Source: a virus | Length of the DNA: 57,842 nt | Direction: 5' to 3' (one strand) | IMG/VR virus record: IMGVR_UViG_3300038856_000076 | Coordinates: 1 to 57,842 of that record | Shown: positions 29,966 through 37,856 of the stretch, one piece after another | Layout: every line of letters starts with the position of its first letter | Position numbering within the stretch: position 1 is the stretch's first letter | The notes under the pieces: generated by a model | What the model saw: the letters and a program-made list of their open reading frames with translations, nothing else | The model's database searches: none | Told to the model about the DNA's origin: nothing | Position numbers and translations under genes: made by a program

Positions 29966-30988
29966 TTAGTACAGGTGGTAATCGAGATGCTGTCGTGGGT
30001 ATCCTATATATGTTGACAAAGCAAATGAATCTTCTTGGGATAACATGTGATCAATGACACTGGCGTCAGCCCAAAATGAACCAGTCGGTTGATCGAAGCG
30101 TGTCGGTCCAGAAATCCAATCTGGCCCCCACGAGTTCATCATCAAACCACCTGATCGACGAATGCTATCATCTACGCCTGCTAACAGCATGCAGTGATAC
30201 CATTTACCATCTCGTTGTGCGAATCCATCCACATCCCGTTCTGATTTGAAGCCAACATTGGAACAGATTGCAACAGGATAACCATTGCACACTGCATCTC
30301 TGGCTTCTTCCCATGTCTTAACAAGTGTAGTCGTTTTGACAGGATGTTCTTTTGCAAATGGCTCAAGTTCATCAGGTACGCCACCACCCCACTCAGTGCA
30401 ACGTCGGCAAATGTGTGCCCACCGACGTGCTTTCGCACCGCTGTAGTTTGTGAAGTCATACTTACCGTCTAAATATGCTTGACGAAGCAAAATGCCCCAT
30501 AGTCTGCACCAATCAGCCGCCCATGTGCCATGCATTCCATCGCCGATAATTTGACCTTTACCGATTTCGACACGACCACCAGCATAGATTGGTTCAGTCG
30601 CACATGTTGTTTTCCACTCTCCGCGACCATGAGCAATTTGTACACAATCTAAGATATCAACACCCAGTCCCCATCCCTGTGAAACACAGTCACCGATACC
30701 CTGATCATGTGGATCAACAGGTTTCTTAGTAACTGCCTCCATGTACTTCCACAAAAAGGCTCGCTTACCAGCACCAGTGCCAGCTAAATGTTTTGCGGCT
30801 TGTCGGAAGTAGGGGACAGGATTAACAGCTTTGAATCGTTTGGTAGATGCTTTATTTGGCAACCACCCAGCATAAATTGGTCTTTTCGTGAGAGATGAAG
30901 CTTTTAGGAGATTCGTGATCCCCATCGACCCAAGTATAAGACTGCCACCAGTGGTTAAAAATTCCCTTCGATCCATTTGTGGCCTCAC
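29966..30988 (-). CDS. Tat-signal papain-like (C1-fold) cysteine peptidase-like protein
   Basis: The N-terminus (MRPQMDRREFLTTGGSLILGSMG) is a twin-arginine signal. QGIGDCVSQGW resembles the papain QGxCGSCW Cys motif. YHCMLLAGVDD resembles the papain His motif, and NSWGPDW resembles the NSWG motif. Confidence 0.5.
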   Translation of the reverse strand: MRPQMDRREFLTTGGSLILGSMGITNLLKASSLTKRPIYAGWLPNKASTKRFKAVNPVPYFRQAAKHLAGTGAGKRAFLWKYMEAVTKKPVDPHDQGIGDCVSQGWGLGVDILDCVQIAHGRGEWKTTCATEPIYAGGRVEIGKGQIIGDGMHGTWAADWCRLWGILLRQAYLDGKYDFTNYSGAKARRWAHICRRCTEWGGGVPDELEPFAKEHPVKTTTLVKTWEEARDAVCNGYPVAICSNVGFKSERDVDGFAQRDGKWYHCMLLAGVDDSIRRSGGLMMNSWGPDWISGPTRFDQPTGSFWADASVIDHMLSQEDSFALSTYIGYPRQHLDYHLY

Positions 30989-31001
30989 TCAGATAGATGA
31001 T

Positions 31002-31760
31002 TTATAGCGAATTGGCATACTCACGTAGTCCTTGGGCAACTTCTCTCCAAACTTGAGCGTGTGACTTGACATCAGAGAGTTGACCGGTTTCGGCCATTGC
31101 TTTCAATTCTTGCATCAACTCATTTAAGACAGGTGTCCAATGTGCGATGTTCCCATTCAAAGCTTCTCGATTCGAGGTAGCGGTGGCTTGAACTAATTCA
31201 GAGGCACTACTAAACGAGTCTTGCTCAATAATGATAGCAACAGAGGCGAATGATTGGGCCAGCTTTAATGCGTCATCGCGTTTTGTGGGTGACTGAACAT
31301 CCTCACACCACTCTTGTACTTTGCCAACGATGTTCTCACCGGGATGTAATGGTGGACCAGTATCGGCACCATAGACTTTGATTTCGTGTGTCTTGATATT
31401 TGAGTCACCAGCCAATGCACATGAGACAATGAACAAGTATGTTACATTCTTGTCGCCAGTACCACAGACGATTGTCTTCCCGTCATTAAAGACGCGAAGT
31501 CCAGGTGGTTCAGGAATGACCTTGTAATCGAACCCTGCTCCGATGCTTTCGGACAGATCAATGACAATCATATCACCAATCTTAACTTTGTCAGGTGCTT
31601 TGATGACAACTTCAGCTTTATCTGTGCGCGGCGTACCGTCATCGGTATCACCAATTACTGCTCGCATGGTTGATGCAGCCGTACCGTTGTTGCTGCAAGC
31701 TACAAAAGCGAGACTTACCATAACCATCAAAACGGCAATGGAATGTACCAATCTTTTCAT
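31002..31760 (-). CDS. lipoprotein (hypothetical)
   Basis: The start is set at MKRLVHSIAVLMVMVSLAFVACS, a signal peptide plus lipobox Cys. Length is 252 aa. Confidence 0.5.
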   Translation of the reverse strand: MKRLVHSIAVLMVMVSLAFVACSNNGTAASTMRAVIGDTDDGTPRTDKAEVVIKAPDKVKIGDMIVIDLSESIGAGFDYKVIPEPPGLRVFNDGKTIVCGTGDKNVTYLFIVSCALAGDSNIKTHEIKVYGADTGPPLHPGENIVGKVQEWCEDVQSPTKRDDALKLAQSFASVAIIIEQDSFSSASELVQATATSNREALNGNIAHWTPVLNELMQELKAMAETGQLSDVKSHAQVWREVAQGLREYANSL

Positions 31761-31932
31761 GTTGATCTCCCTCGTATTGTGTTGTAGACCGGTCAATTAC
31801 TTTGGCAATTCGCGTGGATTACGAGGCAACAATTTTTCATTGACACGTCCTGATCGTTCAGCGGTCGCTCGACCTTGGCTTGCCTGTCGATCCGGGGTCG
31901 GACTCAGACGCTTGCCTTGGTAAGCAGGTTTG

Positions 31933-32130
31933 TTATTTGGCATGTTTGCCATTGTTGTTCCTTTGTAATTTGTTCTGACCAATTGAAACGGCTTTTGTGC
32001 GGGCTGCACTTGCAAGCTTTTTCAGTTGGTCAGAGGGTTGTTGGTTAGCGCATTTTTCCAAGATGGTGGCCCATTGGATTAACGCATCATACTGGCCTTC
32101 CCAGTATTGTCGTGTTGCTCGGGCATTCAT
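31933..32130 (-). CDS. hypothetical small protein
   Basis: 65-aa ORF. It overlaps an alternative ORF at 31797-32015, and only one of the two is likely real. Confidence 0.25.
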   Translation of the reverse strand: MNARATRQYWEGQYDALIQWATILEKCANQQPSDQLKKLASAARTKAVSIGQNKLQRNNNGKHAK

Positions 32131-32133
32131 TTC

Positions 32134-32532
32134 TCACCAGTGTATTACGGCTGCTTGGTCTTTTCCAGACCAACGATGTGCTTTGTCTGCATAACAGTCT
32201 TCACACATACTTCCGTACACTGGCTTAATACTCGCACCACACAAGCAATAACCGTCTCTCAGAATATTTGTGTGAGGCTTTGATTTCTTTGAATCATTCC
32301 GATGAGACGTGCTCTTTCGGAATCGTTTACTGCTCCTGGGTTTTGTGGCCGTCCCGGATTGAATGTTGCTGGAATATCCCGACGAGTGCCGGTGGCGACG
32401 TTTGGTGCTAGGTTTTTGTCTGCTGGAAGTGGCTTGATCACACTCACACCTGTCATCACAAATTGAAGTCTGTTGTATGTCATTCCGTTTCTTTCTTTCG
32501 TCGATGTATTGACGTAAAGTTAATTGGAGCAT
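32134..32532 (-). CDS. Cys-rich hypothetical protein
   Basis: 132 aa with several Cys residues (CDDRCECD…CLCG…CEDCYADKAH). Confidence 0.35.
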   Translation of the reverse strand: MLQLTLRQYIDERKKRNDIQQTSICDDRCECDQATSSRQKPSTKRRHRHSSGYSSNIQSGTATKPRSSKRFRKSTSHRNDSKKSKPHTNILRDGYCLCGASIKPVYGSMCEDCYADKAHRWSGKDQAAVIHW

Positions 32533-32592
32533 CGTCTTGGTTATGTGATGAGGAAAATGCTACCCCTAGATGTCTAGGGGTAGCATCATTGA

Positions 32593-32877
32593 TCAAGGCT
32601 TTATCCGACCGGTATCACTGGTGCTACCGGCTGGTTTGGGTTCTGCTGGTTTGTTGATCTCATTGCGAGCAATAGTTCCTTCAGAAGGATCAGCCTCATT
32701 GCCAACATCACTGTACGTGCCACTCGATCCCTTAGGATTACCGGCTTTGGCAGCATTGATGACTGAGGCATCATGGCTCATTGCTTGATTGAGACCTGAA
32801 GGATTGCTGGGGTAACCCGGCATGTTTGGTCTCCTATTTACGAGGTTAAAGTTCGTGCAGTATCCAAACCTCTGCAC
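32593..32877 (-). CDS. hypothetical protein
   Basis: 94-aa ORF. Confidence 0.3.
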   Translation of the reverse strand: MQRFGYCTNFNLVNRRPNMPGYPSNPSGLNQAMSHDASVINAAKAGNPKGSSGTYSDVGNEADPSEGTIARNEINKPAEPKPAGSTSDTGRIKP

Positions 32878-32894
32878 AGGTTATATGACGCAGG

Positions 32895-33185
32895 CTATTT
32901 CACGGTGACAGGTTGATTGGTCACAAATCGCAGAGCGATATTGACCACACCCATAACAGTTGCAGCAATCGCCGCCCACTGTGGATTTGCCTGAATGAGA
33001 TCACTTCCTGATAGTGCTGCTACAACGCCAGCGATGGCAGTGATCGCGTTTGCCCAGAAAGTCTTCGATTGTAGAATGGGCTTCCCGTTCATGTTGTTCT
33101 CCTGTGGTTGAGGTTCATTAGGTTTCGGTTGAGGATTAACCGAATCACCATCGCCGGGTACAAGGTCATCATACGGATTACTCAT
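32895..33185 (-). CDS. holin-like small membrane protein
   Basis: 96 aa with two predicted TM helices (FWANAITAIAGVVAALSG; WAAIAATVMGVVNIALRFV) after a P/Q-rich N-terminus. Confidence 0.35.
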   Translation of the reverse strand: MSNPYDDLVPGDGDSVNPQPKPNEPQPQENNMNGKPILQSKTFWANAITAIAGVVAALSGSDLIQANPQWAAIAATVMGVVNIALRFVTNQPVTVK

Positions 33186-33775
33186 GGTTTTTCACCCTCT
33201 TCGTTTTTTGTTTCAATGATGATACCGGCAATTCGGTCACTCAGATCAATAAGGTCATCTTCCCAACCTTCATATTTATCTTGGATTACATCACTGACGG
33301 CATTGACGATAGATTGACCCCAGCGGATCAAAGCTGGTCGGGCAAGCAGAAGGCCGGAAGTAACAGAGAGTCTGTGAAGAGTGTTAGTTAAACGCTCGGC
33401 TTGCATCATCAAGTCAGTCATCTTGCCATAGTTGGCAAGCATGGACGCTTCATCTTCCATTTTATTGCGGTGTGCCGCAATGATGGCATTGAGATCGATT
33501 AGGTTGTCACGAAGTAATTTGACTTCTTGACCTTCTGGGCAATCGATTGAAATTCGACGCCGAAACTGTTCAGTCAGGTAATCTTGCATATCATCCCGTG
33601 GGTCATCCTTTGGACCACCATGAGCGACACATCGCTCACTGCCTTCCACGGACACATTTCGACATTGTTCGCCATTGGGTAAGATACCCTTACATCGACG
33701 CTCGTCATCTAGGTCCGTGACTCGTTCAAAGGACATAACCGTCACAATCTGTATAAATGGAAAATCCAATACCAT
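33182..33775 (-). CDS. first gene of - operon; zinc-ribbon protein (possible regulator)
   Basis: CKGILPNGEQCRNVSVEGSERCVAHGG is a CxxC…CxxH ribbon. The gene is divergent from the + strand promoter region. An alternative start lies at 33736 (MSFERV). Confidence 0.4.
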   Translation of the reverse strand: MVLDFPFIQIVTVMSFERVTDLDDERRCKGILPNGEQCRNVSVEGSERCVAHGGPKDDPRDDMQDYLTEQFRRRISIDCPEGQEVKLLRDNLIDLNAIIAAHRNKMEDEASMLANYGKMTDLMMQAERLTNTLHRLSVTSGLLLARPALIRWGQSIVNAVSDVIQDKYEGWEDDLIDLSDRIAGIIIETKNEEGEKP

Positions 33776-33845
33776 CTATACTATACCAGAATAGCGTGCA
33801 TTTTGCCAATGATTTCTTGGATTTTATGAATTTTCCCAGAAATAA

Positions 33846-33896
33846 CCTAATTTTGGGCTCAGATGGGTTGACAAGTCGCCCAAATTAGGTCATACT
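33846..33896 (+). promoter_or_regulatory. sigma70-like promoter embedded in an inverted-repeat operator
   Basis: TTGACA (33868-33873), a 17-nt spacer, then CATACT. It is flanked by the inverted repeat CCTAATTTTGGGC (33846-33858) / GCCCAAATTAGG (33878-33889). A second TTGACA lies at 33904. It sits in the divergent intergenic region ahead of the + strand accessory operon. Confidence 0.45.
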
Positions 33897-33935
33897 AATA
33901 ATTGACAATTCGTTTCTACACGCTAGGATAGTGGT

Positions 33936-34166
33936 ATGCGACAACTGCGAATCATTACGAAGACGCCCGACACTGAACAAGTGATGCTTGAGCCGGGTGT
34001 GCATGGGGCTCTGTACAACATCCCTGAAGTGCGTGAAGCAAGGGACGTAATCGAGAAGAATCCAGCCATTGAAATGCTCGGCATTCGGATTGGTGCCCGT
34101 TACTATTCTCTGGTTGTATCTCATGAAGATACACTGCAACCCCAACATTTTCAGCTAGATGAATGA
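33936..34166 (+). CDS. hypothetical protein (first + strand accessory gene)
   Basis: 76-aa ORF that starts ~40 nt after the promoter. Its stop overlaps the next start. Confidence 0.4.
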   Translation: MRQLRIITKTPDTEQVMLEPGVHGALYNIPEVREARDVIEKNPAIEMLGIRIGARYYSLVVSHEDTLQPQHFQLDE

Positions 34167-34488
34167 AATTGAATGGCGTGATGTGCCAGGGTACCCTGGA
34201 TATGAAGCTTCTACATTTGGGAGTATTGTCGGATTCAAAGGCCAATTGAAACCATGTTTGAATCGTAAGACAGGTTACTTGCAACTCCGTCTTTATCGTC
34301 ATGGTGTTCCCACAACTCTAACTGTACACCAAGTCATTGCAATGACATTCCTCGGACCTTGCCCACCAGGGAAAGAAGTGTTGCACGGTCCACTAGGAAA
34401 GCAATTCAATGGTGTTAAGAATCTGCGATATGGGACTCGATCTGAAAATATGACACAATACTGGGAAGAGAAACATGGCCAATACTGA
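34159..34488 (+). CDS. HNH homing endonuclease (NUMOD4 + HNH_3)
   Basis: The NUMOD4 motif IEWRDVPGYPGYEAS is near the N-terminus. The HNH core is HQVIAMTFLGP…LHGPLGKQFNGVKNLRYGTRSEN. Confidence 0.7.
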   Translation: MNEIEWRDVPGYPGYEASTFGSIVGFKGQLKPCLNRKTGYLQLRLYRHGVPTTLTVHQVIAMTFLGPCPPGKEVLHGPLGKQFNGVKNLRYGTRSENMTQYWEEKHGQY

Positions 34489-34657
34489 TCTTGATGGTTC
34501 TCCTATGTTAATTTTGAGTTACGCCGAAGCGAAAATATTGAATGATGCTCTTGACAGTCTTGGTTTTGACAGCAATAATAGTCGTGTAAAGTATAAGCTT
34601 GAATCTTTTCTGAATGACCCTCGTTGTATAGAATGGGAGAACAAATGTCACACATGA
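34475..34657 (+). CDS. hypothetical small protein
   Basis: 60-aa ORF overlapping its neighbours. Confidence 0.3.
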   Translation: MANTDLDGSPMLILSYAEAKILNDALDSLGFDSNNSRVKYKLESFLNDPRCIEWENKCHT

Positions 34658-34854
34658 TCTATGATGATTACGACGAGTATGAAGAAAATGATCTTGAATG
34701 GGGTGATTATGGCTTCGATGACGATGACGATGACTTCGAGGACGAGGAGGTCTACGACGAGATGTCAGATTGGGAAGGCGATGACTGGGAAGATGATTTC
34801 GATGATGACTACGAGGAAGATTTCAATGATGAGGTTGAAAACGGTTGGCTATAA
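34624..34854 (+). CDS. hyper-acidic D/E-rich small protein (possible DNA mimic)
   Basis: 76 aa, of which more than 50% are D/E with interspersed aromatics (DDYDEYEENDLEWGDYGFDDDDDDFEDEEVYDEMSDWEGDDWEDDFDDDYEEDFNDE). An alternative start lies at 34645. Confidence 0.4.
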   Translation: MYRMGEQMSHMIYDDYDEYEENDLEWGDYGFDDDDDDFEDEEVYDEMSDWEGDDWEDDFDDDYEEDFNDEVENGWL

Positions 34855-35162
34855 AACGCACATTATATGATCAGAATGGGGAGAAACTAAGCCGATTTGG
34901 TAAGGCTGGTGTTCAGCGTGCGTTGATGGCCCCCGTTAAAATTCTCGGCAACGCTAAGTCAGCCGACTATGCAATGGTCAGATGCGAAGAGACTGACACC
35001 TATATCACACGAGACGGGGCCGGTCAGCGATCTTGTACTTTCCATGTCATGTGGTGGGTTGATAACGAAGCCAGGGGTAAAGACTTTGAATTCTCTAAAC
35101 GAGACTCAGCAATCAACCTCTTTCTGAAAAAGTCGAAAGAACCAATTCATGAAGTGGCATGA
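34845..35162 (+). CDS. hypothetical protein
   Basis: 105-aa ORF. Confidence 0.35.
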   Translation: MAIKRTLYDQNGEKLSRFGKAGVQRALMAPVKILGNAKSADYAMVRCEETDTYITRDGAGQRSCTFHVMWWVDNEARGKDFEFSKRDSAINLFLKKSKEPIHEVA

Positions 35163-35445
35163 CTCTAAAACAGGGTACACCAAAATTTTGGAGGTTGAAC
35201 ACAACTTCCCGCACCAAACGGTAATGCGTCCACCCGGTGGTGGTAAAGGTCTCGTGAATGTAGTCGATGGTGTCCCACAGCCACATGCTTGTGTCACTGA
35301 TGTTACCAAATATGATGATGTGTGGCAAGTGACGGTTGGTGATGGGTATTTTATGATCACACTACGTGATCCAAAGCGTTGGTCATACGTTATGGGTGAT
35401 ATCGGATTAGTTATCGCCCGACACATCAATCAGGAGAAAATATAA
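35149..35445 (+). CDS. hypothetical protein
   Basis: 98-aa ORF. Its stop overlaps the next start. Confidence 0.35.
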   Translation: MKWHDSKTGYTKILEVEHNFPHQTVMRPPGGGKGLVNVVDGVPQPHACVTDVTKYDDVWQVTVGDGYFMITLRDPKRWSYVMGDIGLVIARHINQEKI

Positions 35446-35780
35446 TGGGTTGGGCGTCTGGTAGCATGCTTGCAGAAGACGTGTGGGAGATTGTGCGACC
35501 ACATGTCGCATGTGGGCAGCGACGTAAAGTCGCTCGTAAAATTTGGGAAGCATTCGAGTCAATGGACTGTGATACATTAGACGAAGCAGAGCAATTACAA
35601 AAGGATGCTGGCTACGATTACTTTGAATTCTACAAAATGGATGATAACGAAGATGAGTGCAACAAATTTAATTGCCACCAAAAAGCTGAGTATATTGGTA
35701 GTTTAACAGAGAGTCGAACTGTCCAAACATGCTCTAAACACGTTGATGACCTTGAAAACTATGAGGAGATCGGAGAATGA
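35445..35780 (+). CDS. hypothetical protein
   Basis: 111-aa ORF. A GGAG RBS lies upstream and ATGA start/stop coupling is present. Confidence 0.4.
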   Translation: MGWASGSMLAEDVWEIVRPHVACGQRRKVARKIWEAFESMDCDTLDEAEQLQKDAGYDYFEFYKMDDNEDECNKFNCHQKAEYIGSLTESRTVQTCSKHVDDLENYEEIGE

Positions 35781-36469
35781 TCGATCAGATACGCCATAGC
35801 CTATGCATAGGGTTAATACTGCAACTGTGTCTAGCAGCGACTGGGTATACACAAACGATTGCTAAGTCGAGCGTTCGCGTCTATGTCTTCGATGATAGTG
35901 ATAAGTTCTATGACTCAATGGGCTCGGGGACTCTTCTAACGCCCACGCAGGTAATCACAAATTACCATGTCATCAAAGATCGACACAAAGATGATTCAAT
36001 TGAGATTCGATTCTATGATGGCGAACGACGACAAGCTAAAGTTCAAGCCGAAGACAAGGTTTGGGATTTAGCCCTCTTGCAAATTGAGCCTTACCCTAAA
36101 GTCACTCCTCCTCCCATTGGTCGATTACCTAGCAAAGGCGACCATCTGTATATTGCTGGGTTCGGACAGGACTATGAGTACAAAGTCCAAAAGGGTGTAC
36201 TAGAAGGCTATTATGCCCCGAAGACAGGTATGGATGGTGGATGGATGAAGATTGATAATACTGGTGCTCGAAATGGCGACAGTGGTGGCCCAATCAGCAA
36301 CACAGCAGGTCAATGGGTGGGAACATTGTTTGGTTCAATTCAAGAGGGCGATATTCACACCTATGGGACACACGTAAGTCGAATCAAGATTGTCTTTGGT
36401 GACAAGATCAAACTCGGGTCGCCATATGATAATTACATTTTATCGGAGGAGAAACCAGATGGCAAGTGA
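35777..36469 (+). CDS. secreted trypsin-like (S1) serine protease
   Basis: An N-terminal signal peptide is present. The catalytic triad contexts are TNYHVI (His), DLALLQI (Asp) and GDSGGP (Ser). Confidence 0.7.
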   Translation: MIDQIRHSLCIGLILQLCLAATGYTQTIAKSSVRVYVFDDSDKFYDSMGSGTLLTPTQVITNYHVIKDRHKDDSIEIRFYDGERRQAKVQAEDKVWDLALLQIEPYPKVTPPPIGRLPSKGDHLYIAGFGQDYEYKVQKGVLEGYYAPKTGMDGGWMKIDNTGARNGDSGGPISNTAGQWVGTLFGSIQEGDIHTYGTHVSRIKIVFGDKIKLGSPYDNYILSEEKPDGK

Positions 36470-36692
36470 CAGCTACGAAATGATTAAATGGGTACCTTTT
36501 ACGGAGCAGAAACCACCGTTGAACACAACTATTTTGATCTTTGGACCTGGACCCGGTGTGCATTTTGCCAAAGTATTGGATGGACACCTTGATGTTAATG
36601 TGGTTGGCTATTTTTCACATTGGGCTCCTCGACCAATTGGCGTATCAAAGCCGCAAGGTTGGATTGATTGGCTCGTTTCATTCGTGAGGTAA
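36459..36692 (+). CDS. hypothetical protein
   Basis: The start is moved to ATG at 36459 (MASDSYEM…), with GGAGGAG 8 nt upstream. Length is 77 aa. Confidence 0.4.
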   Translation: MASDSYEMIKWVPFTEQKPPLNTTILIFGPGPGVHFAKVLDGHLDVNVVGYFSHWAPRPIGVSKPQGWIDWLVSFVR

Positions 36693-36943
36693 TGATGAAA
36701 TACTATGAGTTACGTGATGGGGTAATCATGCCAATTGTTCGTAAGGTTGAAATCAATTGTGCAGATTACAACGAACAAATGACGACAAAGTATTATACTG
36801 CTTGGTATAATGAAGACGAGAAAAAATCAAAATGGGTCATTGACATCCATCTTGGAACGGGGTATACTGTAGTGTGTGCTCATTTCGGTGAAGTGTTGAT
36901 TGTCTTATCTCTTTTGAACAAAGCATTTCCAAAGAAGCGATAA
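36692..36943 (+). CDS. hypothetical protein
   Basis: The start is ATG at 36692, overlapping the upstream stop (TAATG). Length is 83 aa. Confidence 0.4.
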   Translation: MMKYYELRDGVIMPIVRKVEINCADYNEQMTTKYYTAWYNEDEKKSKWVIDIHLGTGYTVVCAHFGEVLIVLSLLNKAFPKKR

Positions 36944-37428
36944 TGTTACAGCAGTTATACACAGTATCGTTGCTTATAAAACGCGATGATAAACCTGTTT
37001 TTCCGTGGACAGGCTTTTTTGGATATAAGCCTTGGAAAGAGAAAATCTGTGAAGCCCTGAGATCAGAAGGCCATGAATATGCTGCTAGAGTCGTCGAATT
37101 ATGGGATGGCAAGACGGATTCGATTTATTTTGCAAACAATCTCATACTTGGGACAATCAAAATCGAAGAAGGTAAGAAATTGTACGACCAGAGTTATGAT
37201 ATCCATCTGACTCATACCAATCGACAAATTGTCGCACAGTGGCAAGATGATGAAGGCAATATTATCTGTGACACAAACAAATGTCCCACAGGATATGGCG
37301 TCACTGTATTAGAAGCAATTGGCAGCTTAGTATTGGGCACCATCAATACACATTTAATCGAAAATTCCAACGATATTCTGTCGCAACACTTTTCAATTTT
37401 TGTACCAAAATACACGGGGCATGCATGA
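36943..37428 (+). CDS. hypothetical protein
   Basis: 161-aa ORF. Its stop overlaps the next start (ATGA). Confidence 0.45.
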   Translation: MLQQLYTVSLLIKRDDKPVFPWTGFFGYKPWKEKICEALRSEGHEYAARVVELWDGKTDSIYFANNLILGTIKIEEGKKLYDQSYDIHLTHTNRQIVAQWQDDEGNIICDTNKCPTGYGVTVLEAIGSLVLGTINTHLIENSNDILSQHFSIFVPKYTGHA

Positions 37429-37856
37429 AGATTTACATCGCCGGCCCGTTATTTACCCAAGCAGAACGTCAATGGAATGCTAAACTTGCATCCGCACTAC
37501 GTCAACGATGCACGGCTGAAATTGCTTTGCCACAAGACTTTTGTCGGGGGACAACATCTTCTAAGGTAATGTTTTCTCGTTGCCTTTCTGAATTGACTAC
37601 ATCTCAAGCAGTAGTTCTCAATGCTGATGGTGCTGATGTTGATGCAGGAAGTGCATTTGAAGCGGGTGTTGCTCACCAATTAGGGATTCAATTGGTTAGT
37701 TATCGTACAGACCTTCGTCGGGCTGGTGATTCAGAGTTTGATGTGAATCTTATGCTAGCTCATGCAGGTGCATTCTTGAATTGTCATGGCGACACAGTTG
37801 ATACAGTTGCTTCTAAACTTCTAAAAGAAATCAGAACAAATTACATTGGATACTAA
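37425..37856 (+). CDS. nucleoside 2-deoxyribosyltransferase-like (NDT/DNPH1 superfamily) protein
   Basis: The start is set at MKIYIAGPLF, the hallmark N-terminal motif of the family. A DAGSAFEAGVA segment corresponds to the family's DxGTxxExG motif. Length is 143 aa. Confidence 0.6.
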   Translation: MKIYIAGPLFTQAERQWNAKLASALRQRCTAEIALPQDFCRGTTSSKVMFSRCLSELTTSQAVVLNADGADVDAGSAFEAGVAHQLGIQLVSYRTDLRRAGDSEFDVNLMLAHAGAFLNCHGDTVDTVASKLLKEIRTNYIGY

